Source: Ostrea edulis
Taxonomy: Eukaryota
Assembly: GCF_947568905.1 (NCBI RefSeq)
Contig: NC_079172.1
Coordinates: 6,820,001-6,884,000 of the forward strand
Direction: 5' to 3'
DNA: 64,000 bases
The notes beneath the pieces are model-generated. The model saw only the letters and a program-made list of their open reading frames with translations, had not been told where the DNA came from and searched no databases. Below are positions 59,901-64,000 of this stretch, piece after piece (the first letter of the stretch is position 1; the number at the start of each line of letters is the position of its first letter). The translations under genes were made by a program, and so were the position numbers.

Positions 59901-61216
59901 ACATTAAATTACAACAACAGTATCACCACGCACCAGGACTTTTGGAAAAAAATCTCGAAAAAAAATTATCCCTAGAAAAATTTGCTGAAAATTTATTATT
60001 TAAGATTATAACTATTTCCATTTAATCATATCCAGAGGTCCGTGTTTGCCCAACTCTATTTTGCATTGCTTACAGGAGTTATGATATTGATCACTGTTCG
60101 TTACATGTTATCTTCACCTTTCATATACTGTTTATAATCTAAATTTGTACTTTTTTCACTTTAGGTCAAAACCATGAACTTAAAACTGCATGTCACTATT
60201 TGTAATACTATACAAGTACTTAAAACTGCATGTCACTATTTGTAATACTATACAAGTACTTATAACTTCATGTCACTATTTGTAATACTATACAGGTACT
60301 TAAAACTGCATGTCACTATTTGTAATACTATACAGGTACTTAAAACTGCATGTCACTATTTGTAATGCTATACAGGTACTTAAAACTGCATGTCACTATT
60401 TGTAGTACTATACAGGTACTTAAAACTGCATGTCACTATTTGTAGTACTATACAGGTACTTAAAACTGCATGTCACAATTTGTAATACTATACAGGTACT
60501 TAAAACTGCATGTCACTATTTGTAATACTATACAGGTACTTAAAACTGCATGTCACTATTTGTAGTACTATACAGGTACTTAAAACTGCATGTCACTATT
60601 TGTAATACTATACAGGTACTTAAAACTGCATGTCACTATTTGTAGTACTGTATAAATACTTAATGGATACAGCAGATACAATAACCGTGCATAAATTTAA
60701 ACTAGAAATATCAATTAATTATTTACATAATCAATTAAATATATTTACAGTATTTAATTCATAGGCTCTGGGGCAAGCTTAGAACTACGCCTGCATTGAA
60801 AATCAAAAGTTTGATATGGAATGGTTTATTCTTAAAAGCAATAAATCTATATTAAGTCAGACTTTTTCCACATTGAGAATTAATTTTAAAGCCATAGCTC
60901 TAATACAATAGTTGTATTTGCGATTAAAATGATTTATACATTTATAACAACAGACTGAGTGTGGTTCCTACCTTCTATTCCCCCCATTGAACCAGCGATG
61001 AGTTGGTCAATAGTGGCACCAACGGGGGGCAAGCGTCTATCTCTCTGAGGTGCCACATCACGGAGGAAACTCTAAAAAAAAAAAAGAAAAAAGAATGACA
61101 CCGAAAAGAACAACGATAGAGAAGGAATGGACACTATTTGTAACCAACAGCACAAAGATTTTTTTTTCCAGAAACAATACCAAAATCACAAACACGGGGA
61201 CGAGTGGAGTCTTCAT
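43292..61216 (-). CDS. Secreted astacin-family (M12A) zinc metalloprotease: signal peptide, prodomain, astacin, EGF-like, 3x ShKT, Thr-rich linker, FN3, 2x ShKT; 729 aa, 16 exons
   Basis: Exons in minus-strand order: 61181-61216, 60972-61071, 53128-53236, 52924-53012, 52545-52662, 52354-52423, 51637-51840, 50367-50505, 48699-48818, 48134-48271, 47635-47784, 47153-47482, 46793-46942, 45950-46093, 44895-45050, 43292-43428. All introns GT-AG with consistent phases; 2190 nt. N-terminus MKTPLVPVFVILSFLRDVAP, prodomain ELDM, furin site REKR, zinc motif HEIGHAVGLVHEH, Met-turn SVMHY, five six-Cys ShKT motifs, FN3 motif LKPRTEYSFRFFSTNNAGAG. The first exon and the acceptor at 46093 are the least certain. 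Confidence 0.93.
43838..44489. repeat. ~36-46-bp modular minisatellite in the last astacin intron
   Basis: Unit CTATAGATGACTGATCTG(G/A)TATCGTATGTTAAGTTCTAT with optional CTGAT and optional CGTAT modules; about 15 copies. Confidence 0.95.
46174..46388 (+). mobile_element. 5'-truncated SINE
   Basis: Body CCCGTGTCACAACAGGTGTGGCACGAT...GCATAGGCCTAAATTTTGCAGCCC...GGTGACATCTCCATATGAGTGAAAAA is shared with the copies at 18889 and 56219. (AATC)n tail. Lies between the two FN3-coding exons. Confidence 0.85.
49540..49760. repeat. Degenerate ~21-bp repeat tract (CGAGAA...GGATT...CAAT)
   Basis: Recurring CCGAGAATAC / GGATTGACAAT motifs. Probably subterminal repeats of a decayed DNA element. Confidence 0.45.
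49887..50376 (-). repeat. 32-bp minisatellite, 15 copies, overlapping the exon 8 donor of the astacin gene
   Basis: Minus-strand unit GTATTTCTGTA|GTAAGTTCCTGTTTGATGATG. The first copy contains the last codons of the catalytic domain (MYFC) and the real donor at 50366. Confidence 0.97.
50690..51300 (-). mobile_element. Highly decayed LINE 3' fragment
   Basis: Frameshifted translation EIYFFI*C..MYKDIRKKY resembles the EFHF..CP.Y...R motif at 10500. AATAAATAAATTGAAAATTGAA-type tail. Confidence 0.4.
51461..51490. repeat. (GA)n microsatellite
   Basis: Perfect GA run. Confidence 0.95.
52795..52900. repeat. 23-bp tandem repeat, ~4 copies
   Basis: ATTTGTCTACAAAGAATGGATTC repeated. It starts about 22 nt from the astacin exon 4 donor. 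Confidence 0.9.
53470..53856 (-). mobile_element. CR1/L2-group LINE 3' fragment
   Basis: Translation FCTCGNINGDVYHLFFACENYSRARNSLF...LLLCGD fits the CxC...HxFFxC post-RT motif. It is cut off at its 5' side by the palindromic element at 53857. Confidence 0.7.
53857..54280. mobile_element. Palindrome-containing non-autonomous DNA element (Crypton-like by recall)
   Basis: Nested inverted arms TACAGTAACTTGATCCGAAG / CTTCGGATCAAGCTACTGTA and GTTGACAGGCGCGGATCATCA / TGATGATCCGCGCCTGTCAAC (53857-53989). A further 14-bp inverted repeat TTTATTATATACCC (54001) / GGGTATATAATAAA (54264). Confidence 0.6.
54350..54890 (-). mobile_element. L2/Crack-like LINE 3' end with internal (TA)n(TG)n microsatellite and (TAT)n tail
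   Basis: Translation LYLPKVRTEYYKRSFKVSSTILWNQLP..VRSCGSITSFK matches the L2/CR1 ORF2 C-terminus, followed by a 3' UTR, AATAAA and a TTATTATTA tail. Confidence 0.8.
54895..55135. repeat. 41-42-bp tandem repeat, ~5.5 copies
   Basis: GTGACGTCATGGACTGGAGAAGGCGTTACTATAAACCGTTT. Confidence 0.92.
56219..56451 (-). mobile_element. SINE nested in the foldback element
   Basis: Reverse complement of the body seen at 46174. 5' end CCCGTGGGGATCCGGGTTAGAATAGG. Imperfect ~14-bp TSD AAGCACTGAATTGA / AAGTGCTGAATTGA. Confidence 0.85.
56946..56982. repeat. (CT)n microsatellite
   Basis: Perfect CT run. Confidence 0.95.
60032..60129 (+). mobile_element. 3'-terminal fragment of a dispersed retroelement family (Penelope-like by recall)
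   Basis: CCAGAGGTCCGTGTTTGCCCAACTCT...GGAGTTATGATATTGATCACTGTTCGTT...ATCTTCACCTTTCATATACT. The end is shared with 1328-1360. Confidence 0.45.
60181..60660. repeat. 40-bp minisatellite, 12 copies
   Basis: TAAAACTGCATGTCACTATTTGTAATACTATACAGGTACT. Confidence 0.97.
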
Positions 61217-62636
61217 CGTGTAAATGACTCGGTGAGGGAGAGCGCTGTGTTTTATAATGTGTGAGTAAGAGGTCTGCCTGCTTCAAGGTCGGTGGTGCGG
61301 AACGAACAGTGTATTTCTGATCAAATCCCCATTAACAGACCTTCCCGACCCGCATGTGCGCAAAGATCCATGTTTTTACTTAATTATGATAAAAGTGCAG
61401 AATTTGTTTAATCCTAGGTTAAATTGATACATAACATGCTACAGCCCCAAAATTTGTCACCGGAACGTTAAATTTGTTTACGGAATTTTGTTTATTTTTT
61501 CGGAACTTGAAGGTGTGCTGTGAATCTTCTAACATCTAAGTAAACCATGCCACAGCCCCTATCTTATCATCAAGGAATACACTAACGGCCCGTTTCAGTT
61601 GATGTCAGAGTAAAGAAACTGACAAAGCCGACCATAGGGGCATCTTTATGACTCAGAGTGTTGAATCATTTTAAAATGCGTCTGTCTTAATTTCCTCTAA
61701 CTTTAATTTCAAAATATTTGATAAAGAGATATACTGTATACTGACTATACAAAGCAGGAGAGAGAAAGAAGAAAAAACAATAACATATGTTCTTTTCTTA
61801 CACAAAAATTTGAAGCAGAAATGCAAAATTATATAACAGTTCGATGAACCTTTCTAAAAAATTATATTTGTTAGATTTTAATGTTTTACATTACAAAAAA
61901 GTACCGCATGATGTTTTTGAAGACTTTCACAATAAATAAATGGAAAGAGTAGGAATCTGTAAGTCCAATATAGCAGCAAACATTGGTGTCCTTAAAGCCT
62001 GGTAAACCCGCAGCAATACAATACTACAACAGTCCGGAAGTGAAAGCACAACACTCTCGTAGATTCTACGTACACGAGGCGTGTTTTCTGCGTTCAGGGA
62101 CTCCAGTACAGGGTACAACTTCAAAGTAAATACATGTAATTGTCAGAGGAAGCTTAAGTCTGAGATGAAATTTAGAAAGGTCTACATTTGGTACACTATT
62201 ATATGCCTTTATAAACACCAGTTTAAAATCAATCAAATGTCTAATAAACTTAATTACTATAATATATACGAATATGTGCTTGTTGAAGTTAGACGTGGCG
62301 ATAACATTATGCGAAATTGCTTCTATGACGTCACAAAAGGGAGCATTTTTTGAAAATACGTATTCAAAATAAAGTCATCCACGTTTTGATTTTAAACTGA
62401 TAGAACGCAGGTGTGATCAGACCCTTTAACCTATATGAATTTCATTTGTATGATCATTTCACACATTGTGCCAATAAAGTGTCTGATCATGCATGTGCTC
62501 TATGCTTCCTAACCAAAAACCATGAAGTGTCTTATTTAGGCTGAAAATTGTAACAAATATGAAATTGTAAACGACATGTTCATGTCATCAATGCTACTCA
62601 GATACAGCAAAGTAAGAATTGTTTTTTACTGTTTTG

Positions 62637-63046
62637 TATGGCAAGCCCTTTTACTATTTATTCATAAAATAAGATATCTCTTTAAATAAGAGAGATATCT
62701 TTATTGGTTAAAGAGATATCTCTGTAAGTTAGAGAGGTATCTTTTTACGTTAGGGAGATATCTCTTTTGTTTAAAGAGATATCTCTTTAAACAAAAGAGA
62801 TATCTCTTTAAGCAAATGAGATATCTCTTTACGCTTGGGAGATATATCTTTCTCTTTGAGAGATATCTCTCAAAGCTAGAGAGATATATCTCAAAGCTAG
62901 AGAGATATCTCTCAGAGAGAAAGATATATCTCTCTAGCGTAAAGAGATATCTCTCTATCGATGTAAAAAGAGATATCTCTTTAAGTTAGAGAGATATCTC
63001 TTTAATATAAAGAGATATCTCTTTAGATTTTCCCCCGGTGATCATA
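62637..63046. mobile_element. AGAGATATCTCT-repeat MITE-like element with TATG termini
   Basis: Begins TATGGCAAGCCCTTTTACTA and ends GGTGATCATA. About 20 copies of the palindromic motif AGAGATATCTCT or variants. Same family as 39356-40890. No TSD found. Confidence 0.55.
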
Positions 63047-64000
63047 ATGACTTCTCCCTGTTGCATTGTCAGTGAAATGATGTAACCCTATTTTTTAACC
63101 AAGCAAAGTACTTCTAGCCTACAAATGGCGGGAAAGGTTGAAGAGGTGGTTGGGGTAATATTGTCAAGTTGCCGAGAGGCGAAATCTAGTCTAGCTCGCA
63201 TATTTCATCAATTTATTGTCTTTGTTTTTTGTTACCTGTAAATGTATACATTTCACATGCGGTAAAAAGCAAAATCTTCCCACGGGATTGCAGCCATCAG
63301 GGTGTTGCTAAAACGCGGAACGGAAAACGAAACGGAACAGAATTTAAGAATTAGAATGATTAATGTAGATAAGATAACGGTAAAAATCAGGGGTGGGGGT
63401 CCATTTTGATTAAAATCAACAATTTGGGAATTGTTTACAAGCGATAAAACAACATTATCTTAAAATTTTGCATTATAAATTGATTAATCGAATTTAGTTA
63501 AACGTTAGTATAAGAATTTACAAGGTATTTTACAAGAATTTCGAAATTTTGGCAATGACAGGGGTGTTAGCGAGCAGTGACACCTAACCTATGGGTAGAG
63601 AATGAAAAGAACACACGTGGTTTATCCCCCCCCCCCCCACCCGGTGGCAAAACGTCATTAACGCACATGTACACGTATTTACACATAATACCGTGTATGT
63701 GTGTACTTACAACAAGGAGTGTGATATGTATAAAACAATTATAATTCATGATCTTATTTAGTCAACAAGTTAAACATCTTTTGTCTGATTTATCATTTTT
63801 TAACTAACAGGAAACTTAGTAACCGCAACACTCCAATCCTAAATAGTGAGGACTTCTGGCAGTTAATTTTTAAACTAAATACTTGTATAGCTTAACATTT
63901 GGATTAAGAATGAGATGACTTTTAATTCCATTCAAGTATAAATTCTGTGTTAGGTTTTTAGCTACTTCATATATTATGAAATAAATCTGTTAATTTCTCT

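Overview
AT-rich animal genomic DNA with spliceosomal introns. The repeat content resembles that of ostreid oysters (inference from recalled repeat families, not a database result). Five protein-coding genes could be reconstructed by hand. Two are uncharacterised genes with intronless CDSs (502 aa on the minus strand, 436 aa on the plus strand). A 7-exon FAHD2 gene (288 aa, minus) lies head-to-head with a 16-exon M17 leucyl-aminopeptidase-family gene (518 aa, plus). The fifth is a 16-exon secreted astacin metalloprotease (729 aa, minus) with EGF, five ShKT, Thr-rich and FN3 modules. Introns and intergenic DNA hold many minisatellites, Helentron-type elements carrying satellite arrays, SINEs, LINE 3' fragments, MITEs, and a 3.2-kb foldback transposon with TATGG termini and a 6-bp TSD. 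The most unusual observation is that tandem arrays repeatedly copy splice sites: 13 copies of one acceptor and 15 copies of one donor region, of which only one copy in each case keeps the reading frame. I found no prokaryote-type system such as CRISPR or an operon, and I do not claim a proven new biological system.
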